Shown here: one piece after another, positions 18,901 to 26,459 of the stretch
How the letters are laid out: every line of letters starts with the position of its first letter
Numbering within the stretch: the stretch's first letter is position 1
Source: a virus
UHGV virus genome: UHGV-0247568
Direction: 5' to 3' (one strand)
Length of the DNA: 64,000 bases
Translations under genes and position numbers: made by a program
Notes under the pieces: model-generated
The model's input: only the letters and a program-made list of their open reading frames with translations
What the model was told of the DNA's origin: nothing
The model's database searches: none

Positions 18901-19763
18901 CCACCAAGCTCTTTTAGTTTGTCAGCCATTTGGCCGATTTTATCTGCAATTTCTAAACCAACTAAAGCTTTACCAGCTTTAGCTAATCCTTCCATTGAAC
19001 TACTTGCACTACTAGAAGGTTTTTCTAAGCCATCCATTGCGTTAGCAGTTTCTTTAATTGTTCCAGCAGTACCGTTCATTTCTGCTTGCAATGCGTTAAT
19101 TTTATTTTTTAACTCTGTAGCAGCATTACTTGATTTACCACTTGCTTGAACTTCTTCTGCATAAGCACGTTGTAGTGTTTGTAGTTTTTCATATTGAGCT
19201 CCATAAATATTTTTTAGAGCGTTCATTTTGTTTCCTAATGTATCATTATTACTACCAAATAATTTTACTTCAGAATTTGCTTTTGATAATTCAGATTTAT
19301 AACTAGCGATCTTTTGATCGATTTGTGATAAGCTACTTGCTAAATCTCTAGTTCCATTACCAGCCTTATCGGCAGCACCACCAAATTGCTGTAATTCAAC
19401 AGCCGTTTTATTGAGTTCGCCTTTGTTACGAGCAATTTGAGTTGCTAATTGGTTCATTTGTTTTTCTAAAAACATTGCTTGTTTAGAAGATTTTCCACTT
19501 GCCTGAACTTCTTTTTCATAGGCAACTTTCAATGTTTCCATTTGATCTTCTTGTTTATCAATTGTTTTAGTTAAAGCATCATGTTTAGCTTGTAATGTTT
19601 CTTGTGATTTTCCGTAAGCTTTTAATTCAGCGTCGGTTTTTTTCACTTCTGACTGGAAGACCGCTAACTCTGATCGAGTTTTCTTAATGTCGGCCGCCAA
19701 TTCCGAAGAAGACATACCGACTTTAATATCTAATCGTCTTTCATCCGCCATGAGTTTAACCAC
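15945..19763 (-). CDS. tail tape measure protein (1272 aa) with a long internal array of about 11-aa Trp-containing tandem repeats
   Basis: N-terminal coiled-coil region, central hydrophobic TM-like segment, then more than 40 repeats of the W(D/N/E)x(I/F)KxxxxxxW type (KAWDGLGDWFSEKWNEISEGLQKSWEKI...). Position between chaperones and Dit. Confidence 0.85.
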   Translation of the reverse strand: MVKLMADERRLDIKVGMSSSELAADIKKTRSELAVFQSEVKKTDAELKAYGKSQETLQAKHDALTKTIDKQEDQMETLKVAYEKEVQASGKSSKQAMFLEKQMNQLATQIARNKGELNKTAVELQQFGGAADKAGNGTRDLASSLSQIDQKIASYKSELSKANSEVKLFGSNNDTLGNKMNALKNIYGAQYEKLQTLQRAYAEEVQASGKSSNAATELKNKINALQAEMNGTAGTIKETANAMDGLEKPSSSASSSMEGLAKAGKALVGLEIADKIGQMADKLKELGGAALEAQGQVEGSQRKLQAAFGLTGEEAKKLQEIARNLARDGFSPSMEEATEAIRIVKSNLQGLNNQDLEKITGQAASLEKVFGMDMDETMRGANALMVSYGMTAEEAMDLITVGAQNGMDKTHELGDNLAEYATLFHDAGISAEDMFQILKAGLDAGGYNLDKMNDLIKEFNIRASDGTLEKAMESMDETSQKAFKSYKEGTTSTLDLFRVLGGEIMATEGQTNKLAKASQIFGTMGEDAGIGVLEALSMTALGGEGVKTMFEDTGGAAEKMKKDSVSSVDELKGAFNDMKTSLAPIGEALAEALLPLVKNLKSLGDRFEKLSPGMKKFITSIGIAIAVIAPLAALIAGAVAVFGALSVAATTLGIGLAPLIAIIAGIVAAVGAVIVAILNWDDTVKWVQKTWDKFTKWLGQTWDKIKDWAGEKFEQAGEAIKKAWDGLGDWFSEKWNEISEGLQKSWEKIREKASEVWGKMTEPIKKAWDGLKEWFANLWEGIIEKVSGIWDGFKEKAAGFWEGFKETIHKIWNALWQVITLPLQIAITAIILLWEGLKAAASKIWDAIGETVMKVWDGIVETWTNVWNTIKETVGAVWDSFKEKVNEIWTPIKEFLGNMWDTISEKWNQMWTDIGAVLSTVWNTIKETAKAIWEPIKEFFSGLWESTKSRTEEIWNGLKATLSNIWNSIKKVASDVFNNVKKVITDAWNKIKEVSSNVWNAIKNTLQPIWESIKNAASNIFNSVSQTISNIWNNVKNVSSNIWNGIKNTLSGIWNGIKNTASNVFNGVKNTVENIWNGIRNVTSNVWNGIRGIIDGAIGGIRGVISSLSGTIESIKGTFESLWNTVSRVFDSIVNKIQSAWDRAGHIIDKFNPFKSEGTISITHDTNPYEAATMKATNGFGGMIASSINAIQKASSAIGNGVNSTMNTFGSISNKGRSIATATPQVATQNAVGTRAVTVAVDNVYIYNDMDVQTFGEKLAEEINRQERGDLG

Positions 19764-19778
19764 CTACCTTTGCTTTAA

Positions 19779-20030
19779 TTAAAAGAAGCTTACTTTATCG
19801 ATTGGTACTAAACCAACTGCTTCGGCTTTTCCTCTAGCCAATTTTTTCTTACGTCTTTTAGCTGCTTTTTCATCTTGCATTGCAACGTGAACTTCAGCTA
19901 GGTCATTTATTTTTTCCATTGAGCTATCCCAGAATTCTTCTTCTGTTAACCCGATAACTTTTCGGCCTATATAATATAATTGAGACCAATCAAAAGTTAC
20001 GGGCTCAGCTGGGTGTATTAGTCTTTCCAT
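19779..20030 (-). CDS. tail assembly chaperone, downstream (gpT-like) ORF
   Basis: Small ORF between the gpG-like ORF and the TMP. Basic KRRKKKLARGK C-terminal segment. Overlaps the upstream ORF in the +1 frame. Confidence 0.45.
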   Translation of the reverse strand: MERLIHPAEPVTFDWSQLYYIGRKVIGLTEEEFWDSSMEKINDLAEVHVAMQDEKAAKRRKKKLARGKAEAVGLVPIDKVSFF

Positions 20031-20337
20031 CAGCTCCTAACAACTCTGTCAGTGCCTCTGATAAGCGCTCTAAATCGTCAATGCCGATAATATCTCCAAC
20101 TTGTTCAGTTGTGAAATTTTTTCCAGGGTTACCAGCATTTAGTGCTGCAGTTGCAATCGCGATCATGGATTCAATTTGTCCGTCTTGAATTTCTTCTAAT
20201 GCTTTATTAATATCTCCATATTGTTTTTCTAAAAAATATAATGCGTTTAAGTTAAATTTTAATGTTAAAGTTTGGTCGATTCCTGAAAGATAAATTGATT
20301 TTCCTTCATTTTTTAAATTGTGTGCTGAGACTACCAT
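20005..20337 (-). CDS. tail assembly chaperone (gpG-like)
   Basis: 110-aa acidic protein lying between the major tail protein and the TMP. Confidence 0.5.
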   Translation of the reverse strand: MVVSAHNLKNEGKSIYLSGIDQTLTLKFNLNALYFLEKQYGDINKALEEIQDGQIESMIAIATAALNAGNPGKNFTTEQVGDIIGIDDLERLSEALTELLGADGKTNTPS

Positions 20338-20411
20338 GTTTTATTTCTCCTTTTTCGATTTTATTTAATATCTATATTATATATAAGTAAGTGAGCACTT
20401 TTTTATAAGAA

Positions 20412-20451
20412 TATAAAAAAAAATTAAGGAGAATCGAAAAAGATTCTCCTT
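20412..20451 (-). terminator. intrinsic terminator after the major tail protein gene (aaggagaatc-tttttc-gattctcctt + U-run on the minus strand)
   Basis: Perfect 10-bp stem. A9 on the plus strand, which is the U-run on the minus transcript. Confidence 0.6.
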
Positions 20452-20459
20452 AAAATTAA

Positions 20460-21101
20460 TTAACCACCAATTGTGGTGGTAGTTGTTGTCGTAGTTGCTT
20501 TAGTGGTTGTTGTAGTTGTCACAGGATCAGTTGTAGTTGCTCCGTAAACTTTCTCAAACCATGCTTTAATAACTTCTTTATCAGCACCTGGTGCATCCTC
20601 GTTAACTGAAGCTCTCCAATCACCATTGAACACAGTTGGTAAGAATGTACCAGTAATTGTTGTAGTTTGGAACGTGATAGAATCTTCTTTTGTTTGGTAA
20701 GAATCTTCACCCACACCAAATGAACCTTTATACAATACTACGTATTTGTAAGTTCCATTTGATTTTAAAGAACGGAAAGCTAATGCTACACGAGGAGCAA
20801 CTTTATTAACGTTGTCGTGTACTACACCTTTTTCGTCAATTTCGATACCCATTAAACGAGCAACAACTTCGTCTTTAATGTCTGCTGTTTCTAATTCAAC
20901 TTCAATTGAGCTGATTGTTTGGTTAGAAATTAGAGCAATATCGTCCGCATAGAATGCGTCATCTGATGTTGACGGTGAAATTGAAGCACTAACAGCAGGA
21001 GCGATCTTAAACGGTGCTCCATATGCTAAATTCCCTTTTTCGTCATTTTTTAATTCGAATGCATATAAGTCACTCAAACCAATACGTACTGTATCTTCCA
21101 T
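20460..21101 (-). CDS. major tail protein with C-terminal poly-Thr tail (…TTTDPVTTTTTTKATTTTTTTTIGG*)
   Basis: 213-aa protein upstream of the chaperones. The last 25 codons are almost all ACN Thr codons, in frame. Confidence 0.7.
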   Translation of the reverse strand: MEDTVRIGLSDLYAFELKNDEKGNLAYGAPFKIAPAVSASISPSTSDDAFYADDIALISNQTISSIEVELETADIKDEVVARLMGIEIDEKGVVHDNVNKVAPRVALAFRSLKSNGTYKYVVLYKGSFGVGEDSYQTKEDSITFQTTTITGTFLPTVFNGDWRASVNEDAPGADKEVIKAWFEKVYGATTTDPVTTTTTTKATTTTTTTTIGG

Positions 21102-21126
21102 GTTTGTAACCTGCCTTTATAATATT

Positions 21127-21504
21127 TTACTCGTGAAACGAGTTGAAGTAATAATTTTTGTTGTAATATAAAACTCTATGATAATCATATGGCTGCTGTG
21201 TTTCAGCGTATTCTTCACCATTACGATAATCAAAATTGTTTTCTTCTAGAACTTTTCTAATTGTATTTTCTGCACTTGTAAAAGATGCACCGTTTCTAGC
21301 TATAATATCGATCTTTAATCGATATGTAACTTGAGCTATTTTATTTTCAGCTCTACCAGAAACATCATCTTGATAAGGTAAATAAACTGCATAAACAGGT
21401 TCGTCGCCATCCCCAATATAATATCCTTTACCAGTGGGAAATGGCAAATCTTTAAAAATATTATGCAATTCTTTATGAATACTGAATTCCGTAGTTTTGT
21501 CCAT
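21127..21504 (-). CDS. tail completion / head-tail joining protein (125 aa)
   Basis: Position between the gp10-like protein and the major tail protein. Confidence 0.4.
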   Translation of the reverse strand: MDKTTEFSIHKELHNIFKDLPFPTGKGYYIGDGDEPVYAVYLPYQDDVSGRAENKIAQVTYRLKIDIIARNGASFTSAENTIRKVLEENNFDYRNGEEYAETQQPYDYHRVLYYNKNYYFNSFHE

Positions 21505-21506
21505 TG

Positions 21507-21965
21507 CTATAACCCCATTGCGGCAAATACTATATCCGAGATAACTTTCGTTGCTTGGTCTTGACCTTTCTCATATGCTGGTTGCATATAAGGTTTTCCA
21601 GTAACATAACCAACAGTTTTGCCTGATTTTGTAACGATAAAGTGGCCACCTTCTAAAATGTGACCCCAATAAACACCATTTCGGTACTTACCTCGTCCCA
21701 AGTAAGTACCGACTGAGACGTATGGTTGCCCTGTCTCGTCCATTTTAACTGGTGAAATATCAATAGCATCTCTTAAATGCTTACTGCTATTTCGATTAGA
21801 GTATGGCACTCCTGAAATTGCAAGTTTCTTAAAAACTTTTGCTCCTTCTTTAAGTGCCTTTTTTGCAGATTTTTCACCTTTATCTCCCATTGTCATTAAT
21901 TCTTTGAATAATTCTTCGAAACCTTCAGCTTTTACATAGAAATTTCCATTAGCCATTTTTATCAC
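21507..21965 (-). CDS. HK97 gp10-like tail component
   Basis: 152-aa ORF with the G+Y-rich signature GTYLGRGKYRNGVYWGHILEGGHF, typical of the HK97 gp10 family. Confidence 0.5.
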   Translation of the reverse strand: MIKMANGNFYVKAEGFEELFKELMTMGDKGEKSAKKALKEGAKVFKKLAISGVPYSNRNSSKHLRDAIDISPVKMDETGQPYVSVGTYLGRGKYRNGVYWGHILEGGHFIVTKSGKTVGYVTGKPYMQPAYEKGQDQATKVISDIVFAAMGL

Positions 21966-22329
21966 CTGTAGAGGTAATATTTCCTCTACTGTTTTCAGTT
22001 GATGCTGTTAAAATAAGATATTCATTTCTAAAGTTTGGATTAAAAATTCCATTGATTTGATATTCTTTTTTATTATAACGAACCAACATTGCTTTTGTAA
22101 TTCCTTCACGATAATAAATTTTAAAAGTTACTCGTTCAACTGTTACTGTTTCTTTTCCATCATTAATTTCAACGGGTTCTTCTGAATTTTTGATTTGAGC
22201 CCAAGGTCTTGCAAAAGGTACAAACACTTGTTGTTGAAAACCTTCGTCATCAGTTACCCACTTAATATTCCCAAGTTCGATCCTTCGATCTAATAATCCA
22301 CTTTGTGTCATAAGTAATAACCTCCGCAA
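21949..22329 (-). CDS. head closure / head-tail adaptor protein
   Basis: 126-aa ORF between the connector and the gp10-like gene. Confidence 0.45.
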   Translation of the reverse strand: MRRLLLMTQSGLLDRRIELGNIKWVTDDEGFQQQVFVPFARPWAQIKNSEEPVEINDGKETVTVERVTFKIYYREGITKAMLVRYNKKEYQINGIFNPNFRNEYLILTASTENSRGNITSTGDKNG

Positions 22330-22712
22330 CCTATATCGCTAAAACCAGAATCTGCTAGAGTTACTTGCCAATTACGATGCATATCTAAAATTCCTTCAAA
22401 AACATAAGGCAATTCTTGTTTTGAAATATCTTCAGTTAAAACTCCACGATTTTTATACCAATGTTCAGAAATTGCTAATGTTGCAATCGTAATTTCTGAT
22501 GGAATATCTCCATCAACCCACTCATTGAACTTCCATCCAAGATAGGTTTGTACAAATGATTTTGCGGCAGCTAAAATTGTTCCAATAAATCGATCATTTT
22601 CTGGGTCTTCAAAATCGATTCTCATATAATTTTTTAAGTCGTCGACTGTTAAATCTTGAGGCGATGTTGTAGCTACCAAAACTTCTAACTCATTTTTTTC
22701 ACTATTTTCCAT
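22308..22712 (-). CDS. gp6-like head-tail connector (DNA packaging) protein
   Basis: 134 aa. The N-terminal LTVDDLKNYMRIDFEDPENDRFIGTILAAAKSFVQTYLG is typical of Phage_connect_1. Confidence 0.55.
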   Translation of the reverse strand: MENSEKNELEVLVATTSPQDLTVDDLKNYMRIDFEDPENDRFIGTILAAAKSFVQTYLGWKFNEWVDGDIPSEITIATLAISEHWYKNRGVLTEDISKQELPYVFEGILDMHRNWQVTLADSGFSDIGCGGYYL

Positions 22713-22868
22713 TTATTTACCACCTCCGCTAATATAAAAATATAATTTTATTCAATTATTATATGTTTATATTAGCGGATGAGATGACCAGTCTCATCGG
22801 CTAACGTTAATGGATATAAGGAAAAATCTCAGCCACAATAAAGTAAGCCTCGATTGTAAAATTTTGTA

Positions 22869-23756
22869 TTATTTTTTAACTTTTTTAATCGCTTGGATGT
22901 ACTTATATGAGCAAAAATCTTTAGAAATATGTGAAAAATCATCAAAAAATGGTGTATTTTTAACATATTTTCCTTTAAAAAATAGCTCTTTTCTGTCCTC
23001 AGTGACTCCTGCGTTGTGAAAAATCTTATATTTTTCCCAATTTTCAATTGGATCTGTTGCCCAATTGAAGATAAAATCATCAGAAGTTAGCGGTTTATAA
23101 TTAAATAGAACCATATTCCAGCACTGAGACCACATTTCTGCTGTCCAAATTTGTAAATTTGTATCAATTGTTGCAAAATAACGCCAGAGTTTATTAGAAT
23201 CGTGATAAACTTTTTCCCAGAACTCTTTTTTTGGCTTATTTACTAAAACTTGTGCTCCTAGGTGCAGTCCTAGGTGCTCGTTCAGCTGATCTTCTGATAT
23301 TCCTATAATGTCTAACATTTTATTTGCAATATGAGGACCATTTTCGCAACCTTTTATATAATCTAAAGAAAGATAACCAGAACAATCTGAACCGATCCAT
23401 TCATTATCTTTTAATTGAGGAATATTTGGCATTTCTCTAAAGATAACATCAGAATCAATATAAAGAAATTGTTCTTTTTCCATTTCTGGATTCTCTTCTA
23501 AAAATTTCCACCATAAATATGGTCGAATAGAAGAGATATATCCTTTATATTCTCTATTATCTTCATATCGATAAATAGAAATGTGAGGATATTTTTGTTT
23601 TAACCTTTCAGAAATTGAAGGGTCAAAACTAGCAAATAATACATAAATATCTTTAATATTATGCTCTAATAAATTTGTGATTGCAACTTCTAATTCCCAT
23701 TCGAAACGAACTATTTCTGGTTGGGCAAATAATACTTTCATTTTTCTAGTTCTCAC
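22869..23756 (-). CDS. GT-A fold (GT8-like) nucleotide-sugar glycosyltransferase embedded in the head-to-tail gene block
   Basis: Hydrophobic-hydrophobic DxD motif FLYIDSDVIF. Upstream YISSIRPYLWWKFL resembles the GT8 'ayaRlfiPellp' motif, and downstream GAQVLVNKPKKEFW resembles the GT8 'NsGVllinl..wr' motif. Good RBS aaaggtgag. Confidence 0.5.
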   Translation of the reverse strand: MRTRKMKVLFAQPEIVRFEWELEVAITNLLEHNIKDIYVLFASFDPSISERLKQKYPHISIYRYEDNREYKGYISSIRPYLWWKFLEENPEMEKEQFLYIDSDVIFREMPNIPQLKDNEWIGSDCSGYLSLDYIKGCENGPHIANKMLDIIGISEDQLNEHLGLHLGAQVLVNKPKKEFWEKVYHDSNKLWRYFATIDTNLQIWTAEMWSQCWNMVLFNYKPLTSDDFIFNWATDPIENWEKYKIFHNAGVTEDRKELFFKGKYVKNTPFFDDFSHISKDFCSYKYIQAIKKVKK

Positions 23757-23924
23757 CTTTCAATTTCTAATTTTAACAATAAAAGTGAGCAATATTCTAA
23801 ATTAACGACCCGTTGCTCTCGGAGTCTACCATAAATATATATGTAAATTGAAGATGGACGAATTAGCATCCACCTTCAATAGTGAAAAATTATGTTTCAT
23901 ACTCAACCTACCAGGACGCCAACA

Positions 23925-24064
23925 CTACCCACCGGGGGTGACGGTGGTAGTTGTTGTAGTCGTCGGTTTAACCGTTGTCGTCGTCGTAGTTGTTGAAGTC
24001 GACGTCGTTGTAGTGGTTGTTGGTTTGACAGTAGTTGTCGTTGTTGTAGTAGGCTGAGTTGTTA
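23925..24064 (-). other. poly-Thr coding frame (…KVTTQPTTTTTTTVKPTTTTTTSTSTTTTTTTVKPTTTTTTTVTPGG*) in the -1 frame right after the capsid stop; candidate -1 frameshift extension of the capsid protein
   Basis: The frame opens only 9 codons before the capsid stop and has no ATG/GTG/TTG. The junction reads gca-aca-gcA-AAG-TAA, an A_AAG slip site next to a stop. The encoded sequence closely resembles the in-frame tail of the major tail protein. Confidence 0.35.
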
Positions 24065-25264
24065 CTTTGCTGTTGCCACTACTAAAGCGTTAGGATTGTA
24101 AACTTCTCCATCCATGTAAGTGTCTAAGATAGATAATTGTCCACCAGCTAAAGCTTGTGTTGTATCTTGTGTTACGTTAATCAAGTTCATACCTTTTTTG
24201 ATCAACATACCATAACCAGCTTGGAAGTTACCAAATACAATTTTATCTGCATTTTCGCCAGTTAAAACATCAGATACGTGTACTGGGCATCCAAATAGAG
24301 AATATCCAGGTTTACCGTCAACTAATCCACGGAAGATTAAGAATGTTCCGTCACCGTCTTTTAATTGCATAACTTTGTTGAACATTGGACGGCTCATTAC
24401 CCACATAGAACCTTCTAAATATCCTGGGTTTAAAGTACCGTAAATGTTCAATAAGTCTGGCACATCGATAGCTTTAGCGACATCAAGAGCTAAAACATTT
24501 TTATCGCCAATTACTGGACGGAATGCTTCGTCTTCGTTTTCGCCATCTTTAGGTCCAACTAAGATTCCACGTTCAATTGTTTTAGCAACAGAACGAGCTA
24601 AGCGACCTTGAGCATAACTAACAATATCAACACCAGAATCGTTGATCAATTGTTGAGTTAATTGAATTGCTGCACCAACACGTTTTTGGTTAAGTGTTAC
24701 TGCTTTCAATTTAGGTTGTAATTTGTTTGCGTCTACAGTTTCACCGATAAAACCTTCGTCAAAGTTACCGTCTTCACGAGCGATTTTCAAATTACCAGTT
24801 ACAGATGTGAATTTACGAGCTGCTTCAAACACAGGTGAAGTTTCGCCTAATAATTCAACAATTTCATTGTGAATTTGTGTAGGTACTAAAAATTCTCCTA
24901 ATGGATTTGCGTTGTTCGCAGTTGTATTTTCACTGTTAGAGTAAGCAATATCACGTAATTCTTCCCCTTCACGACGACGTAAGAATTGTTCCATGCCGCG
25001 TAATTCGACTTCTTTTGTAATTTCTTTTTCCATCTTTGTTTCTCCTCCGATTGTTTCGACATCTGCATCAGCTAATGAACGAACTTCTTTAATTTGTTTG
25101 ATAGACGCATCTAAATCTGCGACTTCGCTTTTAATTTCTGAAATACGACTTAATTCACTTTCATCAAAAGCACGAGTTTCTGCTTCAACTTTATCAGCAA
25201 CTTCGCTCATTTCTTGAACTAATGCGTTGCGTTTTTCCAACATTGCTTTTAAATTAATTTCCAT
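24062..25264 (-). CDS. major capsid protein (HK97 family)
   Basis: 400-aa ORF directly after the protease/scaffold gene, with the length and character of HK97-fold capsid proteins. Confidence 0.8.
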   Translation of the reverse strand: MEINLKAMLEKRNALVQEMSEVADKVEAETRAFDESELSRISEIKSEVADLDASIKQIKEVRSLADADVETIGGETKMEKEITKEVELRGMEQFLRRREGEELRDIAYSNSENTTANNANPLGEFLVPTQIHNEIVELLGETSPVFEAARKFTSVTGNLKIAREDGNFDEGFIGETVDANKLQPKLKAVTLNQKRVGAAIQLTQQLINDSGVDIVSYAQGRLARSVAKTIERGILVGPKDGENEDEAFRPVIGDKNVLALDVAKAIDVPDLLNIYGTLNPGYLEGSMWVMSRPMFNKVMQLKDGDGTFLIFRGLVDGKPGYSLFGCPVHVSDVLTGENADKIVFGNFQAGYGMLIKKGMNLINVTQDTTQALAGGQLSILDTYMDGEVYNPNALVVATAK

Positions 25265-26432
25265 TCTCTGGAACCTCCATAATTTTATTATTTTCTAACC
25301 AAGCTCTAACTTCTGCTTGTACATCAGGCTTTTTCGTGGTTGTTGTCGTTGTTTCTGGCTCAGCTGCTGTTTCCGCTTTACCTTCTTCAACTTTCGTTTC
25401 GTCAACTGGTGTTTCTTCCGCTTTTTGTTCAGTTTCGTCAACACGAGTTTCTTCACTCGGTTCTTCAACTTTAGCCTCAGCTTTAGGCTCACCATTTTCG
25501 TCCTCAACAACGGCTTTTGTACCGTCTTCAGTTTTTTCAACTTTAGCTTTTTCTTCAGTAACAGGTTCTTCAACCTTTTCTTCAGTTACTTTTTCTTCAA
25601 CAGTTGGTGTTGGTTCAGTTGGTTGGGCTGGTGCTGCAGCAGCTGCTGTGGGGTCCATTGGTGGAACTTGTGCGCTTGCAACTTGTGAAACTTGTTCCAT
25701 TACCTGTTTCGCCATTTCCAATCCATCAAATGCGGACTTATCTACAATTTCTTGTAATAATTTATTTGTGTCAGCTTGATTCATTGCTAAAGTTGAAATA
25801 GCATCATACAACATTTTTGGTGTTACTTCCATATTGTCTGTATTCAAACCATTTCCTCCTATAAGAGCTCTAAACTCCAAATCATTCGGAATTTCAACGT
25901 CAGCTACTTCCATACCACGTGCCTCCAATAAAGTAGTTGGATATGCGGGAGTTTTTAGTGCTGAAACTTCAAATAGTTCAATTTCACTAATAGTTCGAAG
26001 TGGCATTCCGTCTGCAGCTAAAGACCAATCTTCATTTAATACTTTCATACCAAAAGAAAGACCTTTAATAATTCCGTCTTTTACTAATACATATAAGTCT
26101 CGTCCGTAACTTGTTGGAGACACAGTTGCTTCAAAATAGAGGCCAACTTCGTCTTCTTCCAATTTTAACGAGCCATTTGCAGTAGATGCTAAAATCTTTT
26201 TAGTATCATGATCGGCAAGTAAATCGATACTTTCTTTTAAGCGTTTTGCTTTTGCAATTGCATTTCTGAAAGTTCCTGGAGCAATTACTTCTCTCCATTT
26301 TTTCTTACCTTCTTTACCAAGGATGTGACTAGATGCGTCAGTTGCTACATATCCTTGCAATTTCATTTCTTTCGACTCTTCATCAACATCATTGATGTTC
26401 AAATCAAGAGCACGAACTTCAATTCCATCCAC
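25254..26432 (-). CDS. prohead protease (HK97 gp4-like) fused to an acidic, scaffold-like low-complexity C-terminal region
   Basis: The N-terminal 180 aa resemble HK97-family prohead proteases. The C-terminal 200 aa are E/K/T/P-rich and contain a TTTTTT run (…ETTTTTTKKPD…). Confidence 0.65.
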   Translation of the reverse strand: MDGIEVRALDLNINDVDEESKEMKLQGYVATDASSHILGKEGKKKWREVIAPGTFRNAIAKAKRLKESIDLLADHDTKKILASTANGSLKLEEDEVGLYFEATVSPTSYGRDLYVLVKDGIIKGLSFGMKVLNEDWSLAADGMPLRTISEIELFEVSALKTPAYPTTLLEARGMEVADVEIPNDLEFRALIGGNGLNTDNMEVTPKMLYDAISTLAMNQADTNKLLQEIVDKSAFDGLEMAKQVMEQVSQVASAQVPPMDPTAAAAAPAQPTEPTPTVEEKVTEEKVEEPVTEEKAKVEKTEDGTKAVVEDENGEPKAEAKVEEPSEETRVDETEQKAEETPVDETKVEEGKAETAAEPETTTTTTKKPDVQAEVRAWLENNKIMEVPENGN

Positions 26433-26459
26433 TATTTATCACTCTCCTCTGTATTATAT

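Noticed and set aside
22810-23080. ORFs 22810..23019(+) and 22829..23080(-) at the 3' end of the glycosyltransferase gene
   Set aside because: Overlap the better-supported 295-aa glycosyltransferase in other frames. No independent signals.
23848-24057. Plus-strand 69-aa poly-Val ORF (…VVVVVVGLTVVVVVVV…)
   Set aside because: Mirror image of the poly-ACN (Thr) tract on the late strand. A poly-Val protein with a weak RBS is implausible. The signal is interpreted on the minus strand instead.
24993-25217. Plus-strand 74-aa ORF inside the capsid gene, and 26325..26634, 26432..26623, 26767..27243, 28421..28648, 11140..11604, 12361..12723, 13590..13904, 14583..14873, 15327..15632
   Set aside because: All are embedded antisense or off-frame within large, well-supported structural genes.
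25295-25801. ORFs 25295..25573(-), 25317..25688(+), 25336..25779(+) and 25604..25801(+) overlapping the protease/scaffold gene
   Set aside because: Alternative-frame artefacts of the E/K/T/P-rich low-complexity scaffold region. Translations are nonsense-like (poly-K/L or C/F-rich).
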